A program made the position numbers and the translations under genes. Shown one piece after another: positions 53,701-62,415 of a stretch of 64,000 bases of DNA (position 1 is the stretch's first letter; each line of letters opens with the position of its first letter). The stretch covers positions 1 through 64,000 of the forward strand of contig JANOSY010000091.1 of assembly GCA_031416075.1 (NCBI GenBank), written 5' to 3'. The stretch comes from Candidatus Tenderia sp. Its GTDB lineage: Bacteria; Pseudomonadota; Gammaproteobacteria; Tenderiales; Tenderiaceae. The notes under the pieces were generated by a model, which had not been told where the DNA came from, did no database searches, and saw only the letters and a program-made list of their open reading frames with translations.

Positions 53701-53824
53701 GTTTTACCGTGTATTTGCCCGCGGCAACATGGATGCAAACGAAGCAAAGGCACGCTGTAACCAACTGGGTACGCGTGGCCAGAACTGTCTGGTGGCCCCA
53801 CACAGAAATACAGCAACGCCTTAA
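50756..53824 (+). CDS. Usher-like outer-membrane protein with Ig-like C-terminal domains and a SPOR domain
   Basis: Signal peptide; plug-like ISGDILPGWEVEL..NG..YDF..L..G.N.FEL.FYG; beta-rich core; RVFVDNDNNNKFNPGD; DGFFLFEQVPLGAYTV; SPOR YVLQLGAF...YRV. Start approximate. Confidence 0.65.
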   Translation: MELRHRPSPFISRVAASLLALVLSFSAVNVYAEPFSEYDLLLLDFTLERERLAQSVTAYTVNNTIVVSLAEAAAALEFPIAVDAANGTAKGWFLNRERHFELNINAGTVTIEGKTTALTPGDAMVHEDAIYVPLEAFSRWFPATLIPELTKMAVEVEAREPLPIQHRAERRKLAGTRFIMTAASLPEIGLPYQLIGPHTTDLALAYNIRRNADTNSSPDASLNHSMLIRGELAYMNSAIYLNGNDTKPVSQARLTLSRDRPDTPTGISRIEFGDISPSVLSGAPQTDIERGVLIRGSTFQDAYLYNLDGTKTNISGDILPGWEVELLHNGIRVDYQIIGPEGRYDFRDLDLYSGANTFELIFYGLAGERRTEIVTRYAGVDTIREGNLSYQLTASQKGKSLYETGLNPINNLPDRGTGRYTARMDYGLSGNLSVRSGWNSTVENDERLNYYSAGFRTGWRDLYLILDATRDPLGGTIWDGAVHTPVTMRLWGFNTQFQHTQYANSVLAKDNTTDLQITSRSAVVLTRASRKLSSRFAAAHNQLTLGSTTIYSADLSTNINTHRIGNTLNYQNFNNPNTPDQPAEFIGNLYLNSRLNPFDIRGNILYQLQPKNEPLQYQLKADLRISQDMGMYFGLDYTPLTDLTLYTSGLNWQLKYLTLSPRLNYDSNSNYTGFIYASTSLSPKPDRLGVLVSGQSMANNGGVAARVFVDNDNNNKFNPGDTPIPHVDVYASQAFSHATTDKHGTAYLTALRPGKATDIRLDQGTLPNISLISNHAGNSVQPRPARWAVVDFPVIASGEIDGTLYQRRDNTLRPQPGMLVELRDVNNEVAAFKISGRDGFFLFEQVPLGAYTVTLAEEARDRLTSPPAHVKLSQETPSQTGIELVLSAPKAAQATLFPTQKNRVFVPTTQQTTPAPTLNNPAKAAPTAPITTLATSYVLQLGAFNSQASAAAASTELRQRYNNLLQGLEMQIERADLGPKGVFYRVFARGNMDANEAKARCNQLGTRGQNCLVAPHRNTATP

Positions 53825-54117
53825 CTCATCGCTGCCCCACCAGACGCTACGGCTTAGCTCAACCATTTGAGTAATCCGCCCCTGACATGACGAGCTCGCC
53901 ATCATAAAGTATCTGCCCCAAGGGACGCTTGGGGCACAATGTGCTTTGGATACAGAAAAGTTATTTACGCCCCCCCCTAAAGTTATCCTCACAACCGCCG
54001 AATTAACCCCTAGCACGCCTGATCCCTGACAAGAACATATGGGACAGCACATCTCCGGCTAACAATGGATTCAGTGAACGTCGGTGACAAATATAATCAT
54101 TCCAGAGATCTCCAGTC

Positions 54118-54813
54118 ATGAAACCTAGCCAGTCAAAAGTAAACAACAGCTTCCCCCTGCTCGCCATTGCCACATTGTGCCTGACCGCAGCCACACCCGT
54201 AACACAGGCAGCAGAGGAGTCCGCGGGTGGGGTTCGCTCTTTTTTATCTGACCCCCAACGGGTAGGCTCGCTGACCGGCACTATCCTCGGCGGTGCCCTG
54301 ACAGCTCATCCAATCGGGACACTGGCAGGCAGCATAATCGGCTTTTTTATCGGCAAAGAGACCATGCACAAAGACCCCGAGCAGCAACAGCCCGCTCAAT
54401 ATAGCTATGCTCAGCGCAGCTTCATTCCAACAACAACTAAAGAGTCCGCAATCCCCATGTTGGCCTTAGAGACATCGACCCCGGCAACAATGGCGCTACC
54501 AGCACCTGTAACCACCTTGATCACATCAGCACCACCAGCCACCCACGTTGCCTCCGCAACTCAGAACAAATCACCGTCAATACCAGTAACGGCAGCTCCA
54601 CCTGCTGTAGCTGTATCACTTCTATCACCACCAACAATGAATACCGACCTACGCTCAATCGAAACAGTGACCATGGCGATGGACTATGTCCCTACAGCAA
54701 ACAAGCTATCGCCGCTGGAACAGATCGCCTCCCTCTGCTACGGCAATAGTGGGCAAATCAAAACCAGTAACCCCGACCTGCAGTCACTCTGCTACTACCA
54801 CCAGTCCAGCTAA
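54118..54813 (+). CDS. Secreted glycine-zipper protein with Pro/Thr-rich linker
   Basis: Signal peptide, GSLTGTILGGA..GTLAGSIIG, C-terminal Cys pair. Confidence 0.6.
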   Translation: MKPSQSKVNNSFPLLAIATLCLTAATPVTQAAEESAGGVRSFLSDPQRVGSLTGTILGGALTAHPIGTLAGSIIGFFIGKETMHKDPEQQQPAQYSYAQRSFIPTTTKESAIPMLALETSTPATMALPAPVTTLITSAPPATHVASATQNKSPSIPVTAAPPAVAVSLLSPPTMNTDLRSIETVTMAMDYVPTANKLSPLEQIASLCYGNSGQIKTSNPDLQSLCYYHQSS

Positions 54814-55012
54814 ATTCGCAAACGTAATAGCAGGGGCTGATCTTCAGCATCGGCTAACTCGACCCACTTAAAACTTGTGTATTTATAGAAGCCACAGCCC
54901 TGCAAGAGAGCAATTAGGTGACGGGATAAATGGGGCATCAGCCGCCATTATGTGAGGGCATAAAGAGATAACATTTTACAACGCGCTGACCACCTGAAAG
55001 TGCGGGTTTATC

Positions 55013-56032
55013 TCAGTAGGTCACCGTTAAAGAGTAGGTGCCGCTATAGGCACCATTCAAATACGCCTTATTGGTGAGTTCTGTCTCCAGCGTAGCGCCA
55101 ACTTTAATTTGCAGCTCACCCATAGCATCGGTTCTGGCACCCGGAGAATTGGGGGAGGTGACAAAACTTTTCACCACAAAACGCGCCGCACTTAACCCCT
55201 CTGCCACATGGGTAAGAAATATATCTGTTGCCTGAGGGGTAATCGTCACCACATTATTGGGTGCCGCGCCGGTGACTCGAATCAAACCAATCTGCGCCCC
55301 ACCCAGAGGCAAAATACGCGCCCCCCCCGAGTTCGCCACACTAAGCGCGCCGTTCACCCCTAACGTCATGCTGGCGACCACACCAGGGTTGGAAAATGCC
55401 GCAATCAAACCAAAAGAGAGCGGCTGTGCCTCTGTAACGCTGAAGACAGACTGCAGTTGCGCAACCAGTGTCACCACGCCATAGTGGATCAAATAACCAC
55501 CATCCGGCTCCGACCAGTAACGCACACGCACCTGGGTTGTTCCACTGTAGGGGGCATCCACATACATAATGCCACTGGCACTGGTCTTAAGCGTCGCCCC
55601 CACCGGCACCACCGCCTCGCCAAAGGCATCCGCCGCCAACGTTGGATTGACGTAGTTGGTCACCTGAAGATGCTCCGGCAGACCACCGCCGCCAGCACTC
55701 AAGGTCGCATTATCCCATTGCAGCTCCAGCAATACACCCGGCGGGAATCCAGACAACCGGTACTGGCCACGGACAGCACCTCCCATCGGGATAATTTCAC
55801 CCGTATTGCTCACAGCACCTGCTGAGGAGATCGTTAGAGTAGAGACAACGCCATTTGTCTTAACCGCTAACAGACCAAAATTTAACGGCACATTCGCCGT
55901 CACGGCCGGTGCTGCAGAGACGCTGACAGAAACAGACAGCAGCAGCAACGCCGTCACTTTGCACAACCAACTCGGCATCCACCCACTAATCACGCCCTGC
56001 TCCTCTGTGCTTTTATTTAACATCCGTATCAT
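55013..56032 (-). CDS. Two-domain DUF4402-like pilin/adhesin
   Basis: Signal peptide; two homologous halves (PLNFG...YSGTTQVRVRY and PLSFG...YSGTYSLTVTY). Start probably near 55978. Confidence 0.7.
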   Translation of the reverse strand: MIRMLNKSTEEQGVISGWMPSWLCKVTALLLLSVSVSVSAAPAVTANVPLNFGLLAVKTNGVVSTLTISSAGAVSNTGEIIPMGGAVRGQYRLSGFPPGVLLELQWDNATLSAGGGGLPEHLQVTNYVNPTLAADAFGEAVVPVGATLKTSASGIMYVDAPYSGTTQVRVRYWSEPDGGYLIHYGVVTLVAQLQSVFSVTEAQPLSFGLIAAFSNPGVVASMTLGVNGALSVANSGGARILPLGGAQIGLIRVTGAAPNNVVTITPQATDIFLTHVAEGLSAARFVVKSFVTSPNSPGARTDAMGELQIKVGATLETELTNKAYLNGAYSGTYSLTVTY

Positions 56033-56052
56033 CAGGCAATACTGTTTATAAC

Positions 56053-56081
56053 AAACAAAACAGGGGCCCCAAGGCCCCTGT
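56053..56081 (-). terminator. Terminator-like hairpin after the major subunit gene
   Basis: ACAGGGGCC/GGCCCCTGT stem followed by TTTGTTTG on the minus strand. Confidence 0.6.
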
Positions 56082-56111
56082 GCATCTCTTTCAAACCACT
56101 TCTATTATCTA

Positions 56112-56807
56112 TTAATAATTGGCGGTCACAGTGAAACTTCCTGAATAAGTGGTTGGCTGATAAGCGGTATTACCACTAGAAATATCGGTAAGAATGGTCG
56201 CGCCGATTTTAAAATTCAACGCAGTGGAACCAAAAGCAGGGGTAATCTGACAGGCATATAGCGCATCAACAACATTAGTGCACAGGCTATTTGCTGTGCC
56301 TCCGGTAACAGTCCCCACCGTAAACTGGGCCAACTGGAACTTGGCCACAGATGGATCAGCAGCCGAAACCAATACCAGGTTGCTGCCCGTAAGCGCACCG
56401 ATATTTGTGCCAAAGGTAGCGGCACCTAACGCCACGGTACTCACCTCTGCACCCGGTAGTGTCAGCGTGACAGGAGTGGTCGAACTGACCGCAATAGTAG
56501 CCGAAGCAGGCACATGCCCACCCAGGGCGATCAATGGTTTATCAGCTGCGCTGCCCGGAACATGGGCCCCAACCGTACCGGCTGGACTCAAAACCAATGC
56601 CCCATAAGTCTCACCCGCGACCCCTGATGCTGTGTTGGCGTACAAGGTACCCAGATTCATGCCGACAATATTAGTAATGGCAACAGTAGTCTGCACAGTG
56701 GCAGTGACCGGAAATGATTCTGCTGACACCGCCCCACTCATGGCCATGCTCAACATGGCCACTGAAGCTGCGATAGATGTCTTGCGGAAAGAAAAATTCA
56801 TGCTCAT
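56112..56807 (-). CDS. DUF4402-like single-domain pilin (putative major subunit)
   Basis: GGAG RBS, signal peptide, N-terminal FPVTATV strand, Cys pair, C-terminal YSGSFTVTANY. Confidence 0.7.
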   Translation of the reverse strand: MSMNFSFRKTSIAASVAMLSMAMSGAVSAESFPVTATVQTTVAITNIVGMNLGTLYANTASGVAGETYGALVLSPAGTVGAHVPGSAADKPLIALGGHVPASATIAVSSTTPVTLTLPGAEVSTVALGAATFGTNIGALTGSNLVLVSAADPSVAKFQLAQFTVGTVTGGTANSLCTNVVDALYACQITPAFGSTALNFKIGATILTDISSGNTAYQPTTYSGSFTVTANY

Positions 56808-56850
56808 GGTGTTGCTCCATCATTCATTCTTAATTGTTGTATGTAACGGA

Positions 56851-56934
56851 TATTTATTATTTATTATTTATTATTTATTATTTATTATTTATTATTTATT
56901 ATTTATTATTTATTATTTATTATTTATTATTTAT
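56851..56934. repeat. Perfect heptamer tandem repeat (TATTTAT)12
   Basis: 84 bp, 12 exact units counted, intergenic, 44 nt upstream of the pilin start. Confidence 0.95.
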
Positions 56935-57067
56935 AAATTCACCGTTTCCGAGAATGATATCGCCTCACTGTTCTGAATCTTTAAAAAATTGTAAAAAATG
57001 TTATGACCACCTCACAAATGTTTTAAACCGCTTCCGCCCCCCCCAATAAAGATAAAACCACCGATAG

Positions 57068-57949
57068 TTAACGTATCTGGAAGACCTTCTCATCCCAGAG
57101 TATGCCGGCGTACTCATCCACACCTTCGTAGGCCACACGCACCCACGCCCCCGCCGGGATACTACTGTCACGCAAGTTCACGACTAACCGGCGCTTACCA
57201 ACTTCCGCAAAAATACTGATGTTATCAGCCGTCCCGATACGCTCTACAGCAGCCCCGGCATTACGCTGCATATCAACACTCACCCGCCCAACGCAGCCCG
57301 CCAGACCACTGCTCTCCATAAGCACTGCAAGCTGAAGCGGCTGCCCTAGCTCTGTTGCTGGCACAACATCGACACTCGCGATCTTTACCTGTGGAGTCTC
57401 AGCCACCTGATGTCTCACCACCACTGGAATCGCCACGGACATCTGCATGCTCACCATCAGCGTCATCCCCTTATTATCACCTTCACCCATAATCTTCTGA
57501 ACACTCATGGGCTCCGAAAGCTCCTCGACGACACGGAATATCATATGTGAGCGATACTCCCCTGGCTTCATCCCCTTTCCTGGTTTAAATTCAACACGTA
57601 CACTCTGGTTAGAATTGGGCAGCACCGTGATTTGGCGCGGTGAGAGACGCAGGTAAGGACTGGCAGACGCATGTTTCTGCTCTTCTCCCTCTTTGTATTC
57701 ACTGTAAACACCATCCTCTGACATGCGCTGCTCAAGCCACTCCAAACGATAGGTGCGTGGACCAGAACTAGGGTTACGTAAAATGACTGTGGCCGACCGT
57801 TTGTCATCATCCAGATAAACACGTTGCGGGCTGACCAATACATCCGCCCGTAGTGGCAATGCCAGCAGCATTGCCAGAATAAATGCCACCAAAACCGCCA
57901 TCGAGCCACACTTACGATACCAACCGTGCGCCACCGAACTAAAATGCAT
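57068..57949 (-). CDS. PapD-like fimbrial chaperone
   Basis: GGAGG RBS; VLVSPQRVYL, LRLSPRQITV.P...QSVR, GEYRSHM, IPVVVR. Confidence 0.8.
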   Translation of the reverse strand: MHFSSVAHGWYRKCGSMAVLVAFILAMLLALPLRADVLVSPQRVYLDDDKRSATVILRNPSSGPRTYRLEWLEQRMSEDGVYSEYKEGEEQKHASASPYLRLSPRQITVLPNSNQSVRVEFKPGKGMKPGEYRSHMIFRVVEELSEPMSVQKIMGEGDNKGMTLMVSMQMSVAIPVVVRHQVAETPQVKIASVDVVPATELGQPLQLAVLMESSGLAGCVGRVSVDMQRNAGAAVERIGTADNISIFAEVGKRRLVVNLRDSSIPAGAWVRVAYEGVDEYAGILWDEKVFQIR

Positions 57950-58013
57950 GAGGCCTCCACATCTTATTTGCCATATTAATAGATTCAAATTTCACAGAAC
58001 TAATACCGCCCCA

Positions 58014-58964
58014 TTACCAGGCCCGGACACGCAGACCCGCGCTATATTTAGGTGCTCCGCCTTCACCCTTATAAACGGCCACTGCGGATTCCGGAAAAAC
58101 CTTTATGACCTCAACCGCCCCCAGGCGGCTCTCAATTTGGTCACTCAGACGAAACAGTTGCAAAGTATCACCGGGGCGAATCAGTGCGGCACCACTGGTG
58201 CTGATATATAAACTATCACCCACTACCTTAGTGACACGGGCCATCAAGGGCAGACAGGCAAGTTTTTTCAAACCCTGCTCAACCTCGGCATTCAATACAG
58301 AATTTAATGCTTCACCCAGCGGCGTAGTGATAAACGCCCCACGCAATAACGGGCTGCGTGCCAAATTGATCACCTCTGACTCGCTCCCCTCGGCCTGTGT
58401 GGCATAAAAGAGAGACGCTATCTGGGTGCCATAAAGGCCATCAAATATCATTAGTTCAGCATCAACCTGGCGTCGCATCCGTAACGATGGAATGGTGTAC
58501 CTGCCAACACCAAACTGGTTGCGACTGGTATGCAGGTTATGAAAACGCACCGCCACCACAAACTGCACATCCAACCGGTTGGCCAGCGCAACAATCCACT
58601 CTTGCTGGAGTGGACCGCTGTGAAGATGCTGGTCACTGGCATTCACCACCAAGAGCCGCCCACTCTCATTCAGACGCTGCTGCAACAGCTCAGACCAGCG
58701 GGCCGTTAATCCCGGCAGATCGCCAGCATCTTGCGGCTGCAATAGTTCCGTCGCCAGCACCGCTACCTTTTTACGGTAGGAAAAGGGCGCACCCTGCTCT
58801 GGATCACAAAAATCTACTTCCACTGGCTTTGCAGGTTCAACCACTTCACTCTGCACCTCAACAACAGCCTGTGGTGCCACCACCTGACCAGCACAACCGA
58901 CCAGCAACAACAGGGCAATAGCCCCGCTGAGAAATTTCGCTAGTAAATTTGTCATGGTCAACAT
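58014..58964 (-). CDS. FlgT middle/C-terminal-like lipoprotein
   Basis: LVGC lipobox, C...YRKKVAV, LACLPLMARVTKV.GDSLYI.....IRPGDTL. No flagellar neighbours. Confidence 0.65.
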   Translation of the reverse strand: MLTMTNLLAKFLSGAIALLLLVGCAGQVVAPQAVVEVQSEVVEPAKPVEVDFCDPEQGAPFSYRKKVAVLATELLQPQDAGDLPGLTARWSELLQQRLNESGRLLVVNASDQHLHSGPLQQEWIVALANRLDVQFVVAVRFHNLHTSRNQFGVGRYTIPSLRMRRQVDAELMIFDGLYGTQIASLFYATQAEGSESEVINLARSPLLRGAFITTPLGEALNSVLNAEVEQGLKKLACLPLMARVTKVVGDSLYISTSGAALIRPGDTLQLFRLSDQIESRLGAVEVIKVFPESAVAVYKGEGGAPKYSAGLRVRAW

Positions 58965-59038
58965 GAAACGTAGTCCCTGATCCCAAACAATATGTGCATC
59001 ACCCGGCGGCCAATCAACGCGGGCATATTTACCTGGAA

Positions 59039-59054
59039 AGCAAAATGCGCGCCA
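59039..59054 (-). promoter_or_regulatory. sigma54 (-24/-12) promoter of the FlgT-like/chaperone/pilin genes
   Basis: Minus strand TGGCGCGCATTTTGCT (GG-N10-GC, TTGC), ~75 nt upstream of the ORF start. Confidence 0.7.
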
Positions 59055-59171
59055 CTCTTAAAATAAAATGGTGGCCAAAGAGAAGACGGAGGAATCAGCA
59101 GCCCTGCAACAAGCCAATCTGGCAATACTTGAATGTGATGGCTCAGCCAAACCATACAGCGCCGTAGCCAT

Positions 59172-59211
59172 AAAAAAAGCGGCTATACCCTGTGGGCATA
59201 GCCGCTTTTTT
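59172..59211 (-). terminator. Intrinsic terminator after trpE
   Basis: AAAAAAGCGGCTA...TAGCCGCTTTTTT. Confidence 0.8.
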
Positions 59212-59280
59212 GAACACTGGCCGACCTCTTCAACAAGGTGCTCGTACCCAGCTACAACCGTTTTATATCAGAGCAGCCCC

Positions 59281-60768
59281 TTACTCCAGGCCTGCTTCAG
59301 CCATGGCGACGGCGCGAAAGATAGCCCGCCCCTTGTTCATGGTCTCATCCCATTCGTTCTTAGCCACTGAGTCAGACACCACACCGGCACCGGCCTGGAT
59401 ATGCAGCTTGCCGTCTTTGATAACGGCCGTGCGAATGGCGATGGCGGTATCCATATTGCCGTTCCAACCAATGTAACCCACGGCACCACCATAGACACCC
59501 CGTTTCACCGGTTCCAGTTCGTCAATAATCTCCATGGCACGAATTTTTGGCGCGCCAGAGAGCGTACCCGCCGGAAATGTGGCGCGCAGTACATCCATCG
59601 CATTGAGTCCTGGCTTTAACTTGCCGGTAACGTTGGAGACGATGTGCATGACGTGTGAATAGCGCTCAACCGCCATCTTTTCCGTAATTTTGACAGAACC
59701 AATCTCGGCAACACGACCCACATCGTTGCGTCCCAGATCGATGAGCATCAGATGCTCCGCCAGCTCTTTGGGGTCGGCCAGTAACTCTTGCTCCAGTGCC
59801 AGATCCTGCTCCGGTGTCGCCCCCCGTGGCCGGGTGCCCGCAATTGGACGCACTGTCACCTCACCATCCTCCAGCCGTGTCAATATCTCCGGTGAGGAGC
59901 CCACCACCTGGAACCCATCCAGATTGAGATAAAACATATAAGGTGATGGATTGAGACTCCGCAGGGCGCGGTAAAGATCCAGCGGCTCCGCTGTATATGG
60001 AATGCTCAGGCGTTGCGACAATACCACCTGCATACAGTCACCCTCAACGATGTACTGCTTAACTCGATTCACTGCTGACTCAAACGCCCGCTTGCCAAAG
60101 CCGGATCTGAAGTCGTTTTCAACCACACGGCGGGGTTCACGCTTCTTGGCGGCGGCTGGCAACGCCTGATGGCGTAGCTGCCCCACAATCCCATCGAGAC
60201 GTTTTTGCCCCTGCTCGTACGCCCCCTCCAGGGCAGGATCAACATGCACAACCACGTATAATCGGCCACGCAGATTATCAAAGACCACCACCTCATCCGA
60301 GACCAACAACAGGATATCCGGCACATCAAGGGGGTCTTCATTCACCTTATCCTTCAAACACGGCTCGATATAACGGACAGTATCGTAACCAAAGTAACCC
60401 ACCAGACCGCCAGTAAAGCGCGGCAAACCTGGAACGGCAGGTACTTTGAACTGGGCGCGAAAGGCTTCAATGGCGGCCAGCGGATCATCCACCGTGGTTT
60501 TGCCCAACACTTTGCCTTCGTGTTCGACACTCATCTCATAGCCACGCACCTTAAGCACCGTGCGGCACGGCAGGCCGATGATTGAATAACGGCCCCACTT
60601 TTCACCGCCCTCAACAGACTCAAAGAGATAGGAGTAGGGTTCACTGGCCAGTTTCAGGTAAATACTTAGAGGAGTATCCAGATCCGCCATCACTTCACGC
60701 ATCAGCGGTATGCGGTTATAACCCTCCGCAGCCAGGGCATCGAACTGTTCATGAGTCATGATCATCAC
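59281..60768 (-). CDS. trpE: Anthranilate synthase component I
   Basis: [51 protein letters not shown]. Confidence 0.96.
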   Translation of the reverse strand: MMIMTHEQFDALAAEGYNRIPLMREVMADLDTPLSIYLKLASEPYSYLFESVEGGEKWGRYSIIGLPCRTVLKVRGYEMSVEHEGKVLGKTTVDDPLAAIEAFRAQFKVPAVPGLPRFTGGLVGYFGYDTVRYIEPCLKDKVNEDPLDVPDILLLVSDEVVVFDNLRGRLYVVVHVDPALEGAYEQGQKRLDGIVGQLRHQALPAAAKKREPRRVVENDFRSGFGKRAFESAVNRVKQYIVEGDCMQVVLSQRLSIPYTAEPLDLYRALRSLNPSPYMFYLNLDGFQVVGSSPEILTRLEDGEVTVRPIAGTRPRGATPEQDLALEQELLADPKELAEHLMLIDLGRNDVGRVAEIGSVKITEKMAVERYSHVMHIVSNVTGKLKPGLNAMDVLRATFPAGTLSGAPKIRAMEIIDELEPVKRGVYGGAVGYIGWNGNMDTAIAIRTAVIKDGKLHIQAGAGVVSDSVAKNEWDETMNKGRAIFRAVAMAEAGLE

Positions 60769-60879
60769 CTTTCAATTACATTTATCCATAAATCCAAACG
60801 CCATACGCGGTGCATCACCATCGTCTGCCAGAGTGGTTCATGACAATATGTACTTGTTGGGTAACTGTTATCCCGTTAT

Positions 60880-61563
60880 TCATGCAATTTTCTCAAACAG
60901 CCCTTTCAGATCGGCCAGTGACTCAACCAGATCATCCGGCTTTGCCTCAAGGATATCCTGGCCATGATTATAACCATAAGGCACACAAACCACCTGGAAC
61001 CCCGCATTGCGGGCCGCCTGCACATCATGCATGGAGTCGCCGACCATCAAGCAATCAGCCGCAGCCACACCGAGCTGTTCAGCCGCGTAGAGTAACGGCA
61101 TCGGATCCGGCTTCTTCTTGGCAGTGGTATCACCACTCACCACCAGATCAAACCGGTCATAAATGGCCATATCCTTCAACAACGGCACTGTAAACGCCGC
61201 CGCCTTATTGGTAACACAACCGATCTTGATGCCACTAGCCTTAAGGTACTCAAGCCCCTCAACCACACCCTCATACAGACAGCTGCGGCCACTGGTATTG
61301 TTGGCGTAGAGTTCCATATAGATCGGTAACGCCTTTTCAAACTCGGCAGGATCGGGGTCGACCCACAACTCATTGGTAAGCGCCCGCATTACCAGACGCT
61401 CAACACCATTGCCAACCCACATGCGCACCTTGGCCTCACCCCATGCCGGACGACCTAACGCCTTCATCATCTCGTCAGTGCAATAAGCCAGATCAGGCAC
61501 ACTATCAACCATCGTGCCATCAAGATCGATCAAAACCAGCCTTGGTACTTTGTTCAAGCTCAT
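60880..61563 (-). CDS. gph: Phosphoglycolate phosphatase
   Basis: DLDGTMVDS, TNK, KKPDP, VGDS, YGYNHG. rpe-gph-trpE synteny. Confidence 0.92.
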   Translation of the reverse strand: MSLNKVPRLVLIDLDGTMVDSVPDLAYCTDEMMKALGRPAWGEAKVRMWVGNGVERLVMRALTNELWVDPDPAEFEKALPIYMELYANNTSGRSCLYEGVVEGLEYLKASGIKIGCVTNKAAAFTVPLLKDMAIYDRFDLVVSGDTTAKKKPDPMPLLYAAEQLGVAAADCLMVGDSMHDVQAARNAGFQVVCVPYGYNHGQDILEAKPDDLVESLADLKGLFEKIA

Positions 61564-61569
61564 CAGCCG

Positions 61570-62259
61570 TTATTTCGCTTTAGCAAGTTCGGCACGCATC
61601 GCAGCAACCACTGTATCGTAGCCGTTAGCATCGCTGCTCTTGCTCGCGCCAAAAATCGCTGACCCAGCAACAAAGGTATCTGCACCTGCTTCAGCAATCG
61701 CACGAATGTTCTCCACCTTAACGCCACCATCAATCTCAAGGCGGATATCACGACCAGAGGCATCGATGATCTTGCGTGCCTCACGCAGCTTATCGAGCGT
61801 GGCAGGGATAAAGCTCTGGCCACCAAAACCGGGGTTAACCGACATCAATAGCACCATATCGACCTTATCAATCACATATTTCAATACATCCAGCGAGGTG
61901 GCCGGATTGAAAACCAGACCCGCTTTACACCCTTCACCCTTAATCAACTGCAAGGTGCGATCGATATGCTCAGAGGCTTCGGGGTGGAAGGTAATATAGG
62001 TGGCACCCGCCTTGGCAAAGTCAGGAATGATCCGGTCAACCGGCTTCACCATTAGATGTACATCGATCGGTGCCGTTACGCCATGTTTGCGTAACGCTTC
62101 ACAAACCAGAGGGCCAATCGTCAAATTCGGTACATAGTGGTTATCCATAACATCAAAATGCACGATGTCCGTACCGGCATTTAATACATTCACCACTTCC
62201 TCACCCAAACGGGCAAAATCGGCGGACAAAATCGAAGGGGCGATTTTGAAATCTAACAT
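61570..62259 (-). CDS. rpe: Ribulose-phosphate 3-epimerase
   Basis: [35 protein letters not shown]. Confidence 0.97.
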   Translation of the reverse strand: MLDFKIAPSILSADFARLGEEVVNVLNAGTDIVHFDVMDNHYVPNLTIGPLVCEALRKHGVTAPIDVHLMVKPVDRIIPDFAKAGATYITFHPEASEHIDRTLQLIKGEGCKAGLVFNPATSLDVLKYVIDKVDMVLLMSVNPGFGGQSFIPATLDKLREARKIIDASGRDIRLEIDGGVKVENIRAIAEAGADTFVAGSAIFGASKSSDANGYDTVVAAMRAELAKAK

Positions 62260-62415
62260 GGCAAACCTCTACATTGTTTTAGATTAATCAATGACTTCTG
62301 CGGATCTCAGGTAAAGCACGCAGAGCAAACAGCCGCTAACTCTACCCGAATAGAGCAAAACTTTCACTCTCAGCGACTCAACAATTGCCCCTGCAATTTG
62401 GACCCATCGTAAACG

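Noticed and set aside
54030-54090. GGGACAGCACATCTCCGGCTAA resembles part of a c-di-GMP-I riboswitch
   Set aside because: The upstream GGCAAAC/GAAA-tetraloop stem and P1 pairing are missing. An Infernal scan would be needed.
56851-56934. CRISPR-like array
   Set aside because: No spacers and no cas genes; it is a simple tandem repeat. No CRISPR array was seen in the window.
56632-57049. ORFs containing YYLLFII repeats
   Set aside because: Artefacts of translating the heptamer repeat.
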